Shown piece by piece: positions 59,825 to 59,951 of a stretch of DNA of 59,951 nucleotides. The stretch spans positions 1 through 59,951 of IMG/VR virus record IMGVR_UViG_3300035683_000005; one strand, 5' to 3'. How positions within the stretch are numbered: the stretch's first letter is position 1; each line of letters opens with the position of its first letter. Made by a program: the position numbers and the translations under genes. This stretch comes from a virus. The notes under the pieces are model-generated. The model did no database searches. It worked only from the letters and a program-made list of their open reading frames with translations, and was not told the DNA's origin.

Positions 59825-59951
59825 CCCCACACCAACCCCACCAACCAAGGACCAGCAGATGCGTACCGTAAACAACCTCACTGAATCGGACATCGTTCGT
59901 TTGGCAAAGGCGCTGAAGAAGGCTGGCTGCAAGCCCACAAAGGACTACACG
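59825..59951. repeat. Terminal direct repeat copy 2, identical to 1-127
   Basis: Read directly. Confidence 0.95.

Overview
The window is one complete, circularly closed genome of a GC-rich tailed dsDNA phage with a siphovirus-type long tail. Bases 1-127 repeat exactly at 59825-59951, so the unit length is 59824 bp. No integrase, CRISPR array, rRNA or transposon is visible.

Layout:
- Plus strand, about 57.6 kb through the junction to 32.5 kb: early and middle genes behind at least 11 copies of one sigma70-type promoter (TTGAC-N17-TATATT).
- This block holds many small orphan genes and a replication/recombination set: UvrD-like helicase, Gp157-like protein, Sak4-like ATPase, DUF669 SSB, Cas4-like exonuclease, SF2 helicase, sliding-clamp-like protein, family A DNA polymerase and ThyX.
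- It also holds a cold-shock protein, tRNA-Gln(UUG) and two aberrant tRNA-like elements.
- Minus strand, 6626 to 2596: a short operon with an HTH protein, primase-helicase, resolvase-like nuclease and the small terminase.
- Minus strand, 57422 to 32533: the late block. It runs TerL, portal, an accessory cassette, scaffold, decoration protein, lambda-E-like capsid, connector proteins, tail tube, frameshifted chaperones, a 1580-aa tape measure, tail tip and fibre proteins, holin-like proteins and a PGRP-type amidase.

Most notable content:
- A 7-deazaguanine DNA-modification module (queE, an atypical cysteine-less queC, queD, a phosphoribosyltransferase-folE fusion and the DNA transglycosylase dpdA), with unknown ORFs interleaved.
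- A five-member family of promoter-proximal proteins that share an unrecognised C-terminal module.
- A Cys-rich peptide whose N-terminus looks like a RiPP or bacteriocin leader.
- G-quadruplex and uORF-bearing leaders.
- A cassette with its own promoter and terminator inside the head module.

All functional calls rest on motifs read by eye. No database search was possible.
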